A DNA stretch of 64,000 nt from assembly GCA_029366385.1 (NCBI GenBank), contig GCA_029366385.1_4540.1; one strand, 5' to 3'. Positions 8,267 through 17,854 of this stretch are shown here, piece by piece. Origin of the DNA: a phage. Under the pieces are notes generated by a model. It was given only the letters and a program-made list of their open reading frames with translations. It did not search any database and was not told where the DNA came from. Both the position numbers and the translations under genes were made by a program. Within the stretch, counting starts at the first letter, position 1, and each line of letters starts with the position of its first letter.

Positions 8267-8464
8267 ATGTTAGTCAGTGAAATACTACCTGACTCTAATG
8301 GTAATCAGATCACTATTGATTGGTTTCCTGGTACTGGTACACTAGATCTAACTGCTGAATGGTCTGGTGATATTTATGGAGAAGGTGTATTATCATTGTC
8401 TACAGAACAAATGATCATCCTTCGTGACTTCTTAATTAGTTTAGATCTAGGAGAAAACAAATGA
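8267..8464 (+). CDS. Hypothetical protein
   Basis: Track ORF 8228-8464; ATG 8267 preceded by AGGAGAG. Confidence 0.45.
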   Translation: MLVSEILPDSNGNQITIDWFPGTGTLDLTAEWSGDIYGEGVLSLSTEQMIILRDFLISLDLGENK

Positions 8465-8730
8465 GTAAAACTTCTGTTGAGTTTATCGAGAAATCCCCTG
8501 TTCCAAAGTTATACCGTTTATCTGAAATTGAACCTATGTCTGTTTTCTATTACTACAACTCAGAAGTAAATGAACAAGAACGGGACTACTACTTAGCTAC
8601 AGATACAGGTGCAGTTTGCTTAACAGGTTCTCGTGCAGGAGAATACATTGCAAATAGTCGTTTTAATGAAGCAGATTCCTGTTGGGCTAAGGTTGAAACT
8701 AAGATCGTCATCAACATCATCAATCATTAA
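8461..8730 (+). CDS. Hypothetical protein
   Basis: 89-aa ORF. Confidence 0.5.
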   Translation: MSKTSVEFIEKSPVPKLYRLSEIEPMSVFYYYNSEVNEQERDYYLATDTGAVCLTGSRAGEYIANSRFNEADSCWAKVETKIVINIINH

Positions 8731-8752
8731 GATTAATCTCACAAAGAGTTAC

Positions 8753-8782
8753 TTGACATGTGCAAAGCTCTTTGTGTAGAAT
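8753..8782 (+). promoter_or_regulatory. Putative promoter TTGACA-N18-TAGAAT bracketed by 9-bp inverted repeat
   Basis: TTGACA 8753-8758, TAGAAT 8777-8782; inverted repeat CACAAAGAG (8740-8748) / CTCTTTGTG (8768-8776) flanks the -35 element. Confidence 0.35.
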
Positions 8783-8812
8783 AAAGATTCACTTACTAAG
8801 GAGACTTTATAA

Positions 8813-9010
8813 ATGGCTACAAAGAAACAGAAAATGAAATGTCTTACTCTTACTGAACTGGGTCAAGCTTCCAACTGCGTTACTGTTGGTAAGATTTATT
8901 CTACAGTTCTTGATAAAGACAACAACAGTTTTACTTTCAAAGATGATAACGGAAACCCTCAAGTTGGAATCTACCCTTCCTGTGCTTTTGGTACTTGGGA
9001 AAAAGTGTAA
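8813..9010 (+). CDS. Hypothetical protein
   Basis: 65-aa ORF, AAGGAG RBS. Confidence 0.45.
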   Translation: MATKKQKMKCLTLTELGQASNCVTVGKIYSTVLDKDNNSFTFKDDNGNPQVGIYPSCAFGTWEKV

Positions 9011-9053
9011 CTAATTAGAGGGTATACTTGTAAACAAGATTAAGGAGGCATTT

Positions 9054-9227
9054 ATGGGAGATAAACAAAGTAACATCCGTTACGCGCTTTATGGAAGAAT
9101 GGGTGCAGATTGTGAATGGATGCTTCTGTCGCAACGTATACCCTCTTACAAAGAGGCTCTTGAAAAAAGAGACTATTATAAACAAACATGGCGTTTTGTC
9201 ATTTGTAAACACTATTTGGAGGCGTGA
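9054..9227 (+). CDS. Small protein (57 aa)
   Basis: Unlisted ORF with AAGGAGG RBS; preferred over antisense track ORF 9015-9242. Confidence 0.35.
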   Translation: MGDKQSNIRYALYGRMGADCEWMLLSQRIPSYKEALEKRDYYKQTWRFVICKHYLEA

Positions 9228-9535
9228 TGAGTACATTATCATTAGCAGTTATGGTACATCAACAGTATGAAGAAGCTGTGAAAGATTCAGAAAACCCTTC
9301 TACATTGGTGTTTGAAGATCGGACTGGTCTTAAATGGGTAGAATCTTGTGGTGAACTTTACTTTTGGTATCCACAAGGTTGCACAAGTAATTCTAATCTG
9401 TATAGTTATGAATTGGAGTATCGTGCGCCTGTAGACGAAGATGATAATTACATCATGTATTATGTTAATAATGGTTGCGGTGAAATGTTTAATGTAGTAT
9501 TCTCTAAAGCCTTGAAGTCCGACGAGGAGATGTGA
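9227..9535 (+). CDS. Hypothetical protein
   Basis: Track ORF 9224-9535 (GTG) taken from the ATG at 9227. Confidence 0.5.
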   Translation: MSTLSLAVMVHQQYEEAVKDSENPSTLVFEDRTGLKWVESCGELYFWYPQGCTSNSNLYSYELEYRAPVDEDDNYIMYYVNNGCGEMFNVVFSKALKSDEEM

Positions 9536-9894
9536 TGAGAAAAGTGCTGTTTGCCTTGCTGTTATTAGCCTCTACTGGTGTTTTTGCTCGTGACGGCTTT
9601 AAGGTTGGGGCAGATCGCACTAAATTCTTCACATGGTTCGGAGGTGAAGCACTTTACCAAGACGGTAAAGATAAAATAAAATGTAAGTATGTAGAAACAT
9701 TAAAAGGTGTGGATGATTGGGGCGATGCTTATCAAGCAACAGGCTTCTCTTGTAAGAAACACCTTTACATTGTAGTAAAAGAGTTTCAAGATATAAATAA
9801 ACAACTTTTTATTTTAGTAGATCCTAGTAAATTTAATGAACGGGCAGCTTATGAAGTTGACATGTTCTTAGAATACAAGAAGGAGGAAAAATGA
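9532..9894 (+). CDS. Secreted protein (signal peptide)
   Basis: N-terminus MMRKVLFALLLLASTGVFA typical Sec signal. Confidence 0.55.
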   Translation: MMRKVLFALLLLASTGVFARDGFKVGADRTKFFTWFGGEALYQDGKDKIKCKYVETLKGVDDWGDAYQATGFSCKKHLYIVVKEFQDINKQLFILVDPSKFNERAAYEVDMFLEYKKEEK

Positions 9895-10253
9895 GAGAAA
9901 CGATTGTAGATGTTGTTATTAATGGTCAACGTTATGTGCCTGTTGTAGATAAAGCTGAACCAGATGCTTTAGATGTTGTTTTTGAAGACGATGATCTTGG
10001 CACTGTTACTGTGCGTGAATATTTCAGACGACTGCTCTCTACACTTTGGGAAGAAGAAGACAGTTTCAGTGGAAAACGTCCTTTCGGTAATTCTTGTTGG
10101 CAGTTCGATTTGATTATTGGTTTGATCGATGCTGGGTACCTGGAAGGTAAAGTTTATCGTGACGAAGATGGTGGTATAGAAGATACCGACTATGATCGAG
10201 AAGAAGCAGATAAACTAATTCAAGGTCTGATCGCACGTATGTGTTTAGGTTAA
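9891..10253 (+). CDS. Hypothetical acidic protein
   Basis: 120-aa ORF. Confidence 0.5.
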   Translation: MRETIVDVVINGQRYVPVVDKAEPDALDVVFEDDDLGTVTVREYFRRLLSTLWEEEDSFSGKRPFGNSCWQFDLIIGLIDAGYLEGKVYRDEDGGIEDTDYDREEADKLIQGLIARMCLG

Positions 10254-10254
10254 T

Positions 10255-10623
10255 ATGAAGGTATTAAACTTTTACCATTTAGGCAAAACAATCCCAGAAG
10301 GTGCTGTTTATATTGGTAGAGCAATGCCACACATGGGACTAAAAGCCTCCAAGTTTGCAAACCCTTTTAAGTTAAAAGATGATGAACCACGAGGATCAAC
10401 TATACAAAGGTATAAAGAGTGGTTGTGGGAGCAAATTCGTTGTGGTAAGATCACTCTTGAAGATTTATTAGAGCTAGAAGGGAAAGATTTAGTTTGCTTC
10501 TGCTCCCCTCAACCTTGTCATGGAGATGTATTGATAGCAGCCGTGGCTTGGGCTAGAAAAGAGTGGGACAAAAGGCATCCTACTTATGTAGACAATTATT
10601 GGATTTGGGAGGAGAATTTTTGA
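10255..10623 (+). CDS. Hypothetical protein with NPF and C-x-C-SPQPCH motifs
   Basis: 122 aa; FANPFKL and LVCFCSPQPCHGDVL; family not resolved. Confidence 0.5.
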   Translation: MKVLNFYHLGKTIPEGAVYIGRAMPHMGLKASKFANPFKLKDDEPRGSTIQRYKEWLWEQIRCGKITLEDLLELEGKDLVCFCSPQPCHGDVLIAAVAWARKEWDKRHPTYVDNYWIWEENF

Positions 10624-10973
10624 AAAATATTATTGATGTAGATGTGTTTGGTATCACAACACTACAAGACAAACAAGCAACACTGTATTATCATAAAAAA
10701 GAGGACCAAGCTTACATCTACATCGGGGCAGAAAAGTTTGGTGTTGGAGATATGGTTTTAAATGTTGAAGGAGATCTTCCTTTAGAACAAAAGTTGAAAG
10801 TTTTTCGTTTCACAGGAGATGTTAAACTAGACGGCGTTATCGCAATCCTACAAGAAGACCATTATTATATGGTAACTTTCGTTACTCCTGCTTTCTCTGG
10901 CCTTAATGGAGAAGAAGCCCTTAACGATGTTATTATCTTAAAGATTGGTAATGCTCTAAACGATGTAAACTAA
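10620..10973 (+). CDS. Hypothetical protein
   Basis: Track ORF 10563-10973; probable TTG start at 10620 after GGGAGGAG, overlapping upstream stop. Confidence 0.4.
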   Translation: MKNIIDVDVFGITTLQDKQATLYYHKKEDQAYIYIGAEKFGVGDMVLNVEGDLPLEQKLKVFRFTGDVKLDGVIAILQEDHYYMVTFVTPAFSGLNGEEALNDVIILKIGNALNDVN

Positions 10974-10983
10974 AGGAGGGAGT

Positions 10984-11493
10984 ATGTTCTTTGATGCAAA
11001 TTCTCTTTTTGTATCTACAGCAGGGCAATCTGCTGTTAATGCAGAATTTGAGGAAAGAGAAGAATGGATTGATAATCACAACTATGATCCAAGTAATTTA
11101 AACTGGTGCAGTTTGGATGTTGGTAATCTTAGTAGAGATAATGCACTTAGAGCATACTACTCTGTATATACTGTTGACAATCTTTATCAATACTATGTGT
11201 TTCGTAGTCTTATTGTTAATCTTAATTTAGCTGGACGTTTAAAGAACAATAAGGCATTCACATTGGGACATTATATTCCCTTCCGTAAAGGTGGTGTGCA
11301 TTTTCCATGTAATTGGATTATTCAAACACGAAAAGAAAACAGTTTAGCAGGAGATACCATGCCAAGATTTAAAGATAAGTGGACATGGGAAAAACAAATG
11401 GGATACATTAATGCACATTTGCCACCTAATCTAAAAGAACCTTATGCCAGCAGAGCTAAGGAAATGATGAGGATTGTCAAGAGTTTTTATTAA
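10984..11493 (+). CDS. Putative HNH-type endonuclease
   Basis: 169 aa; LGHYIPFRKGGVHFPCNWIIQTRKEN resembles HNH core (H-x2-P ... GG ... N ... N). Confidence 0.4.
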   Translation: MFFDANSLFVSTAGQSAVNAEFEEREEWIDNHNYDPSNLNWCSLDVGNLSRDNALRAYYSVYTVDNLYQYYVFRSLIVNLNLAGRLKNNKAFTLGHYIPFRKGGVHFPCNWIIQTRKENSLAGDTMPRFKDKWTWEKQMGYINAHLPPNLKEPYASRAKEMMRIVKSFY

Positions 11494-11507
11494 GAGAGGA
11501 GAAATAC

Positions 11508-13100
11508 GTGTCTACACAATTGAGTTTTACACCTACCGACGAACAATACGCTATTGAAAGTGGGTATCAAGAAAATCGTTTCGTTACAATTCAAGCTAAA
11601 TCTGGATCAGGTAAAACGTCAACGCTGTATATGTTGGCTAATGGCACAAATGATAGTATTCTATACTTGGCGTTTAACAAAAGTATGGCAGAGGAAGCTC
11701 GACGTAAAATGCCGCCTAATGTTATGTGCCGAACGCTACATTCAATCTGTTACCAGCGTCTTCCACAAAACCTTCGACACAAATTGTCTCGTCCAGAAGG
11801 TCAATATGTTAACGTAGCTGGAACTGGTAGTGAGATTGCCAAAAAATTCAAGATTCAGAACTTGATTGATAAGAATGGTAAAGTGCTACTGACTCGTGCA
11901 ATGATCGGGTTAATGGTAAAACAAACTTTAGCTAAATATGAGTTTTCTGACGATGAACATATTGGACATAAACATTTTCCTAAAGTACATATGTCAGATC
12001 TTAAACGTAAGAACATCAACGAACAAAAACTTATTAACGAAGTTGTTAAATATGCGAAGCAACTTTGGCGTGAGCGTATTGATCCTAAATCAGAAACCAT
12101 TATGACTCATGACACCTATGTGAAACTCTTCGAATTGAGTAAAGAAGATTTAGGATACGATATTATTTTTGGAGATGAATTCCAGGATGTTAACCCTGCA
12201 TTCCTGTCTATCCTTCGTAATGCTAAATCGGCTAAACGTATTGTTGTTGTGGGTGATGAATTTCAGAGTATTTATCAGTTCCGTGGAAGCCAGAACATGA
12301 TGAAGCAAACGGCTACATATGGGGTTGAGTTGCCTCTGACAGCTTGTTTTCGCTTTGGTCCTAAAGTTGCGGACATTGCTAATGCGATCCTTTCTGATCG
12401 TTCACCTCTGAAGCATCCGCTGGTAGGCAAAGGTTATGATACTGTCACTGGAAGTTTTCATTCTGATGTGGTAGATTATAGTAAACCTTACACCATTATT
12501 TTCCGTAAGAATTTGACCCTGTTGCTCGAAGCTATGGACCGAATCGCTAACGGAGAAGAGATTATTATTAACGTAGATACCAAAGATTTCATTTCTATGG
12601 TTGATAGTGTTAATGCTTTACGTAGAGGTGATTTGGACAAAGTTAAGCATGAGACAGTTCTACCTTACACTTCTTGGGAAGAATTTGTAGAGTGTGCAGA
12701 ATCAGATCCTGATGCAAAACGACTTTTAAACATTGTTGTTTCTGGTAAAGCTAATAATATTGCATACACTTTACGTATGCACCGTAACTCTCCAACGGCT
12801 AAAGTTACTTTAACTACAGCCCACAAATCAAAAGGTTTGGAATGGGATCAGGTTATTGTTGCAAATGACTTCCCTTCTAATTACGATAAGAAGGGTGAGT
12901 GGGTAGGTCTTGAAGAATCAGAACGAAATCTTCTGTATGTTGCACATACACGTTGTATTAAATGTCTGCAATGGAACCGAACTGTTCAAGAGATTTTAGA
13001 CATGCATCGTTTAGGTAAGAGCACGGCTCCTGTATCTGAAGAAGATAAGCTTATAGCTGCCCTTGCTCGTAAGATTAATCAAATCAGAGAGGATCGTTAA
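11508..13100 (+). CDS. UvrD/Rep-like superfamily 1 DNA helicase
   Basis: 530 aa, GTG start; Walker A AKSGSGKTS, DEFQD, GDEFQSIYQFRGS, TAHKSKGLEWDQV. Confidence 0.75.
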   Translation: MSTQLSFTPTDEQYAIESGYQENRFVTIQAKSGSGKTSTLYMLANGTNDSILYLAFNKSMAEEARRKMPPNVMCRTLHSICYQRLPQNLRHKLSRPEGQYVNVAGTGSEIAKKFKIQNLIDKNGKVLLTRAMIGLMVKQTLAKYEFSDDEHIGHKHFPKVHMSDLKRKNINEQKLINEVVKYAKQLWRERIDPKSETIMTHDTYVKLFELSKEDLGYDIIFGDEFQDVNPAFLSILRNAKSAKRIVVVGDEFQSIYQFRGSQNMMKQTATYGVELPLTACFRFGPKVADIANAILSDRSPLKHPLVGKGYDTVTGSFHSDVVDYSKPYTIIFRKNLTLLLEAMDRIANGEEIIINVDTKDFISMVDSVNALRRGDLDKVKHETVLPYTSWEEFVECAESDPDAKRLLNIVVSGKANNIAYTLRMHRNSPTAKVTLTTAHKSKGLEWDQVIVANDFPSNYDKKGEWVGLEESERNLLYVAHTRCIKCLQWNRTVQEILDMHRLGKSTAPVSEEDKLIAALARKINQIREDR

Positions 13101-13352
13101 ATGGCAGGGTATCACATAACAGACATTAAGAAACAACCTTATGGCAGCATAGAAAAGATTAAAGAGGAAGTAGAAGAACTTTTTGATGCTGTTGAGCAGG
13201 ATTGCAAAATAATGCAACTTGTTGAATTGTCAGATATTATAGGGGCTGTCGAGGGAGTTTTAGAACAACAGTTCCCAGATATGACTTTACAAGATTTAAT
13301 CATTATGTCCAACATTACTAAACGCGCTTTCCGCACAGGAGGAAGGTCATGA
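13101..13352 (+). CDS. Putative MazG-like nucleotide pyrophosphohydrolase
   Basis: 83 aa; EKIKEEVEELFDAVE and ELSDIIGAVEGVLEQ resemble the all-alpha NTP-PPase motifs. Confidence 0.45.
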   Translation: MAGYHITDIKKQPYGSIEKIKEEVEELFDAVEQDCKIMQLVELSDIIGAVEGVLEQQFPDMTLQDLIIMSNITKRAFRTGGRS

Positions 13353-13906
13353 ACACAAGTGTGATTGCCGAAGCCATCCAGAGTTATGGACGCTTTGCTG
13401 AAATGTTAGATGTTCCTTATTTAGTGGATGCAGATATTTTGGCATTCACACTGCCACCTGGCAAAGAAGATGCTCCTTTGGGGCATCCTAATGGGAAGTT
13501 TTATGTTGCCAGTGCCGAGCAATCATTCTTGCAAATGGAAAAGGATGGCTACGAGTTTATCGCTGGTCATCCCTACATGGCCCTGACACCATGTTACCGC
13601 ACAGAGGAAGTGTTGGATGATTCTCACTTCAACATCTTCTTGAAGCTGGAGTTGATTGAGTTCTATCCCAGCTTTGGTGAAGTGAAAGAGTATGCCGAAG
13701 AAATGCGATACTTCTTCTGGACCTACTACAAAGTCCAAACAAGAATTGTAGAAACAGAAATAGGGCTTGACGTGGAAGATATGTATGGGTTAGAATTAGG
13801 TTCGTTTGGGATGAGAACTTCTCCACAAGGTCATCCGTATTTATACGCCACTGGTATCGCAGAGCCTAGGGCATCTATTGCAATAAAACGAGGAGGGTTA
13901 TTATGA
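13349..13906 (+). CDS. Hypothetical protein
   Basis: 185-aa ORF. Confidence 0.5.
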   Translation: MNTSVIAEAIQSYGRFAEMLDVPYLVDADILAFTLPPGKEDAPLGHPNGKFYVASAEQSFLQMEKDGYEFIAGHPYMALTPCYRTEEVLDDSHFNIFLKLELIEFYPSFGEVKEYAEEMRYFFWTYYKVQTRIVETEIGLDVEDMYGLELGSFGMRTSPQGHPYLYATGIAEPRASIAIKRGGLL

Positions 13907-15252
13907 ATGTATATACACATAAGCAAGATTTGGTAACAGCGGCAAACAATCGGGGCTTGTTCGATAGGCTTTGCAAAGCTATTGAAATTGCATATGGTTG
14001 GACTAAAGAGACAGATCCTAAACTTACAGGACAATATGCTCTTTTACACGGTTGCACAAATTTTCCATACGTCTGTCACACAGTCGGGACCAATGAATTT
14101 TCTGGAGAGCCGACAGTAGGAGATAATGAGCTACGTTTTACAGGAGATGCAATGCTAGATTTAATTCTTAAGAAAACTAAAATGTTAAAAATTGAAGATG
14201 TTTACACAGACACTGGTAACCTTTCTGAAGAAGAAATTGGAGAAATGATTACTACTTTCAATAATACAACAGGGAAGAGTTTTTGGACTAAAAGCGATGC
14301 TTCCCGTCTTAAACGAGTAGACCCTGCTATTCCAGAAGACGGTAAGAAGTATCGAAAAGTTATCTTTTACGATAAAATGGCAGGTCTGGATGCGCTGCAT
14401 CTTGAGTGTGGAAGCCTTGTGCCTCCGGCTGTCAGAGAACATGAATTTGCAGTTGAGGTTGAAGCACAGGAGTTTAAAGATATGTTTTATACTAAGCATG
14501 TAAGGAAAGTGGAAGATATGGAACAACAAAAAGAGACTTTTGAACCAGAAGACACAGAGCCTACCTATATTCCTAATACAGGTATTCAACCTTGTGAAGA
14601 CTTTGTTCAAGTCCGTTACAAAAATGGTGTTTTAGAAGTATGCAAAGCCAACCACTTTGAATGGGAGAAATACGATAGTGAATGGCAGATTGAAGAATAT
14701 TTTGTTCTCCCAAGAACAGCAAAATACCAAGCCCACATTGGAGGTAAACGCCCTTGTGATGGTCCTGTTGATGTTCTTTTTCGAAATGGGGACCAAGGAA
14801 AAGGTTTGTCGGCAGAGACGCTTTATTGGAGCCACTCTGGAGATGGATCAGACATTGTAGGTTATATTAAACTTAACCCGTCTCCACGTTACCGCAAGCG
14901 TCGTCAGAAGCCGCCAGTAGGTAAGAAGAGTGTCGTTCGTGTCCTCTACACTACACAACAGACCTACACATTTAAAAATGTGGTAGACGTGCAAGTGACT
15001 GAGGAGCGAGTTTATATCCAATATGATCGTGAAGTTACAGAGGGTATCAAAGAATCGGTTACTACCGAAATTGAAAATAAGCTTGTTATGGCGATCATTG
15101 TGGAAGAAAGTAAAGTAGAGAACGGTAAAGCCTACACTGTTCGTGATAGCTTCTTGCGTAATATCGATGGAACTTGGGATTATAATGGACATGATGGGAC
15201 CGCTGTAAAGAACGGTAAGATTATGGGAAGACAATTCCTCTCCAAACAATAA
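13903..15252 (+). CDS. Hypothetical protein
   Basis: 449-aa ORF; antisense track ORFs inside it judged spurious. Confidence 0.55.
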   Translation: MNVYTHKQDLVTAANNRGLFDRLCKAIEIAYGWTKETDPKLTGQYALLHGCTNFPYVCHTVGTNEFSGEPTVGDNELRFTGDAMLDLILKKTKMLKIEDVYTDTGNLSEEEIGEMITTFNNTTGKSFWTKSDASRLKRVDPAIPEDGKKYRKVIFYDKMAGLDALHLECGSLVPPAVREHEFAVEVEAQEFKDMFYTKHVRKVEDMEQQKETFEPEDTEPTYIPNTGIQPCEDFVQVRYKNGVLEVCKANHFEWEKYDSEWQIEEYFVLPRTAKYQAHIGGKRPCDGPVDVLFRNGDQGKGLSAETLYWSHSGDGSDIVGYIKLNPSPRYRKRRQKPPVGKKSVVRVLYTTQQTYTFKNVVDVQVTEERVYIQYDREVTEGIKESVTTEIENKLVMAIIVEESKVENGKAYTVRDSFLRNIDGTWDYNGHDGTAVKNGKIMGRQFLSKQ

Positions 15253-15257
15253 AACTT

Positions 15258-15287
15258 AAAGGCGCACTTTGCGCCTTTTTTGATTTT
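15258..15287 (+). terminator. Rho-independent terminator
   Basis: 8-bp stem AAAGGCGC / GCGCCTTT, loop ACTTT, then T-run; 6 nt after stop of 13903-15252. Confidence 0.6.
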
Positions 15288-15352
15288 CCTCAAAGCTTTT
15301 TTCGGTTGGAAGAGGTAGAATAATAGTTCTACTCACAAAATAAGGATTAATA

Positions 15353-17167
15353 ATGAAAGATTTGTACCAAGATGTTTTTTCTTTTTTAGATCGCACTTCA
15401 GAAACATACACTAGAGAGAATGCAAACAAACCTTCCCACCTCGTTAACACGCATAGGGATCTCTTGGCGGGGATTTTAAGCAAACATATGGCAATGACAC
15501 AGATACTGCCAAAAAACTTGTCAGAATGGCATACAGAAGGTTTTGGACATATTCACGATTTGGATTATCTACTCTCTCCTCTTACAAACTGTTGTCTTGT
15601 TAATTATCAAGATATGTTAGAGAATGGTTTTAAGATCGGAGCCGCACAAATAGAAAAACCAAAATCTATTGGGGTAGCTACTACAGTGCTAACTCAAATC
15701 ATTCAAGCTGTTGCCTCCAGTCAGTATGGAGGTCAGACGTGTGCGCACATTGATAAAGGTCTTAGTCCTTATGTTGAAGCTAGTTTCCTTAAAAACATGG
15801 AGATAACTAAACGTCGCTACGGTTGTTATGCAAGGAAAGAAGCCCTAGAAATGACCGAACAAGATGTATATGATGCTATGCAAACTCTCTTGTATCAGGT
15901 TAATACTTTAATGAGTGTAAATGGACAATCTCCTTTTATTACAATTAGTATGGGTCTGGATACCTCTGTTTTTGGCAGAATGATCACAGCTAACTATCTT
16001 AAAGTGCATAGTAATGGTCTAGGCAAAGATCATGTAACACCTGTATTTCCTAAAGTTATTTTCTTTTTACAAGAAGGTGTTAACATGAAACCTAGTGATC
16101 CTAATTATGACCTTAAGCAACAAGCTTTGGCATGTTGTGCTGATCGCATTTATCCAGATTTTATTTCTGTTCCTTTGAACAAAGAAGTTACGGGATCAGC
16201 AGATGGTACTGTTACGAGTATGGGTTGTCGTTCCTTTTTGTCGTACTATGCCACCGAACAAGGAGAAAAATATGATGGACGATTCAACCTTGGAGTAGTT
16301 TCTATCAACTTGCCTCTGATTGCTGCGGAAGCGAGAAGTAAAGGAGAATCTTTCACCGACCTCCTTAATAAACATATGGAGATAGCCTACGATGCTCACA
16401 TGTTACGTGTAAACCGTATTAAACATACCAAAGCATCTGAAAACCCTATTCTTTTCATGGAAGGGGCTTTAGCGCGTTTAAATGCCAACGATGAAATTGG
16501 TGTTTTGTTTGAAGATGGTTATGCTTCTATTAGTATTGGTTATGTAGGTCTTGCTGAAGCTTTGGAAATCCTTTATCCAGAAGAAAAAGATAAAAAGGAG
16601 CTAGGTAAAAACATTCTGCAACATATGAAAGATGTGTGTGCTGTGTTTAAAGAGCGATCTAAGCTGGCATTTAGTCTCTATGGAACTCCAGCAGAATCTT
16701 TGTGCTATAAGTTTGCAACAGCTTTAAATGAAAAATATCCAGGTCTGGTAGAAAGAGATTATCTTACTAACTCTTTTCATCAACCTGTATGGTTGGTAAC
16801 AAATCCTTTTGAAAAATGGGATTATGAAGCAGGTTTTGCACAGATTAGTAATGGTGGTAACATAAGTTATGTCGAAACACCAAACTTAAAGAATAACTTA
16901 GAAGCTTTGGAGACTTTAGTAGACTACGCTTATGAACATATTCACTATTTTGGTATTAATCAGCCCGTGGATCAATGCTTTAAGTGTGGTTTTCATGGAG
17001 AATTTAAGGCAACGGCTAAAGGGTTTGAGTGCCCTGATTGTGGCAACCATGAAGAAGAAACTATTTCTGTAGTTAGGCGTGTATCAGGGTATCTTTCTGC
17101 TCCTAATTCACGGCCTTATAACAAAGGTAAAATGCAGGAAGTTTTGCAAAGGGAGAAACATCTTTGA
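15353..17167 (+). CDS. nrdD: Anaerobic ribonucleoside-triphosphate reductase (class III)
   Basis: 604 aa; C-terminal Zn ribbon CFKCG..CPDCG and glycyl-radical motif RRVSGYL. Confidence 0.9.
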   Translation: MKDLYQDVFSFLDRTSETYTRENANKPSHLVNTHRDLLAGILSKHMAMTQILPKNLSEWHTEGFGHIHDLDYLLSPLTNCCLVNYQDMLENGFKIGAAQIEKPKSIGVATTVLTQIIQAVASSQYGGQTCAHIDKGLSPYVEASFLKNMEITKRRYGCYARKEALEMTEQDVYDAMQTLLYQVNTLMSVNGQSPFITISMGLDTSVFGRMITANYLKVHSNGLGKDHVTPVFPKVIFFLQEGVNMKPSDPNYDLKQQALACCADRIYPDFISVPLNKEVTGSADGTVTSMGCRSFLSYYATEQGEKYDGRFNLGVVSINLPLIAAEARSKGESFTDLLNKHMEIAYDAHMLRVNRIKHTKASENPILFMEGALARLNANDEIGVLFEDGYASISIGYVGLAEALEILYPEEKDKKELGKNILQHMKDVCAVFKERSKLAFSLYGTPAESLCYKFATALNEKYPGLVERDYLTNSFHQPVWLVTNPFEKWDYEAGFAQISNGGNISYVETPNLKNNLEALETLVDYAYEHIHYFGINQPVDQCFKCGFHGEFKATAKGFECPDCGNHEEETISVVRRVSGYLSAPNSRPYNKGKMQEVLQREKHL

Positions 17168-17634
17168 ATTTTGCAGGATATGAACCTGTAGATCTTATTA
17201 ATGGTGAGGGAGTTAGGTGCTCCCTCTGGGTTAGTGGTTGTAGCCACGGTTGTCGTGGCTGTTTTAACCAAAAAGCCTGGTCTTATTCTTATGGGAAACC
17301 GTTTACTGACGAAAATGTAGAGCAAGTTTTAAAAGATTTGTCAAGACCATTTGTAAAAGGTTTAACAGTTTTAGGAGGAGAACCATTAGATCCGCAGAAT
17401 ATTCACAATGTTAAAAGCCTTATAGAAAAGGTTAGAGACGTTTATGGGTCAAGCAAAGATATAATGGTGTATACAGGATATACTTTTGAGGAAGTGCCTT
17501 TGTATATTAAAAATCTTGTTGACATTATTGTAGACGGAAAGTACGAAATAAACAATCCAACTACAAAACCTTTCAGAGGGTCAGATAATCAAAGATTATG
17601 GACCAAAACGGCAAGTGGTTGGCAATCAGATTAA
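17164..17634 (+). CDS. nrdG: Anaerobic RNR activating protein (radical SAM)
   Basis: 156 aa, TTG start overlapping nrdD stop; CSHGCRGC (Cx3Cx2C) cluster. Confidence 0.85.
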   Translation: MNFAGYEPVDLINGEGVRCSLWVSGCSHGCRGCFNQKAWSYSYGKPFTDENVEQVLKDLSRPFVKGLTVLGGEPLDPQNIHNVKSLIEKVRDVYGSSKDIMVYTGYTFEEVPLYIKNLVDIIVDGKYEINNPTTKPFRGSDNQRLWTKTASGWQSD

Positions 17635-17647
17635 CTTAGGAGGTTTC

Positions 17648-17839
17648 ATGGTTACATATTTTGCTGTAGGAGATAGAGTAGGGACGGCAGGAGAACTGTT
17701 GAAGAACAGTGATCGGGACGTTAAGGAGATTCTTGCAACCCTTGTGGATATTTTACAAAGAAAAGAGTTGCTTTCTGATCGAGATGTTGCTAAATTACTT
17801 GATATCGGAGGAGATGAACTTCAAAGACTTCCATTTTAA
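17648..17839 (+). CDS. Hypothetical protein
   Basis: Track ORF 17615-17839; ATG 17648 after TAGGAGG. Confidence 0.4.
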   Translation: MVTYFAVGDRVGTAGELLKNSDRDVKEILATLVDILQRKELLSDRDVAKLLDIGGDELQRLPF

Positions 17840-17854
17840 GTGAGGAGATAAGTA

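Noticed and set aside
13349-13906. Class II aminoacyl-tRNA-synthetase-like core suggested by LTPCYRTEE
   Set aside because: A single short motif in a 185-aa protein with no other aaRS signatures.
13523-15249. Minus-strand ORFs nested in rightward genes (13523-13738, 13629-13826, 13831-14034, 14185-14610, 14848-15249)
   Set aside because: All lie antisense inside long plus-strand genes, lack RBS context and have low-complexity translations.
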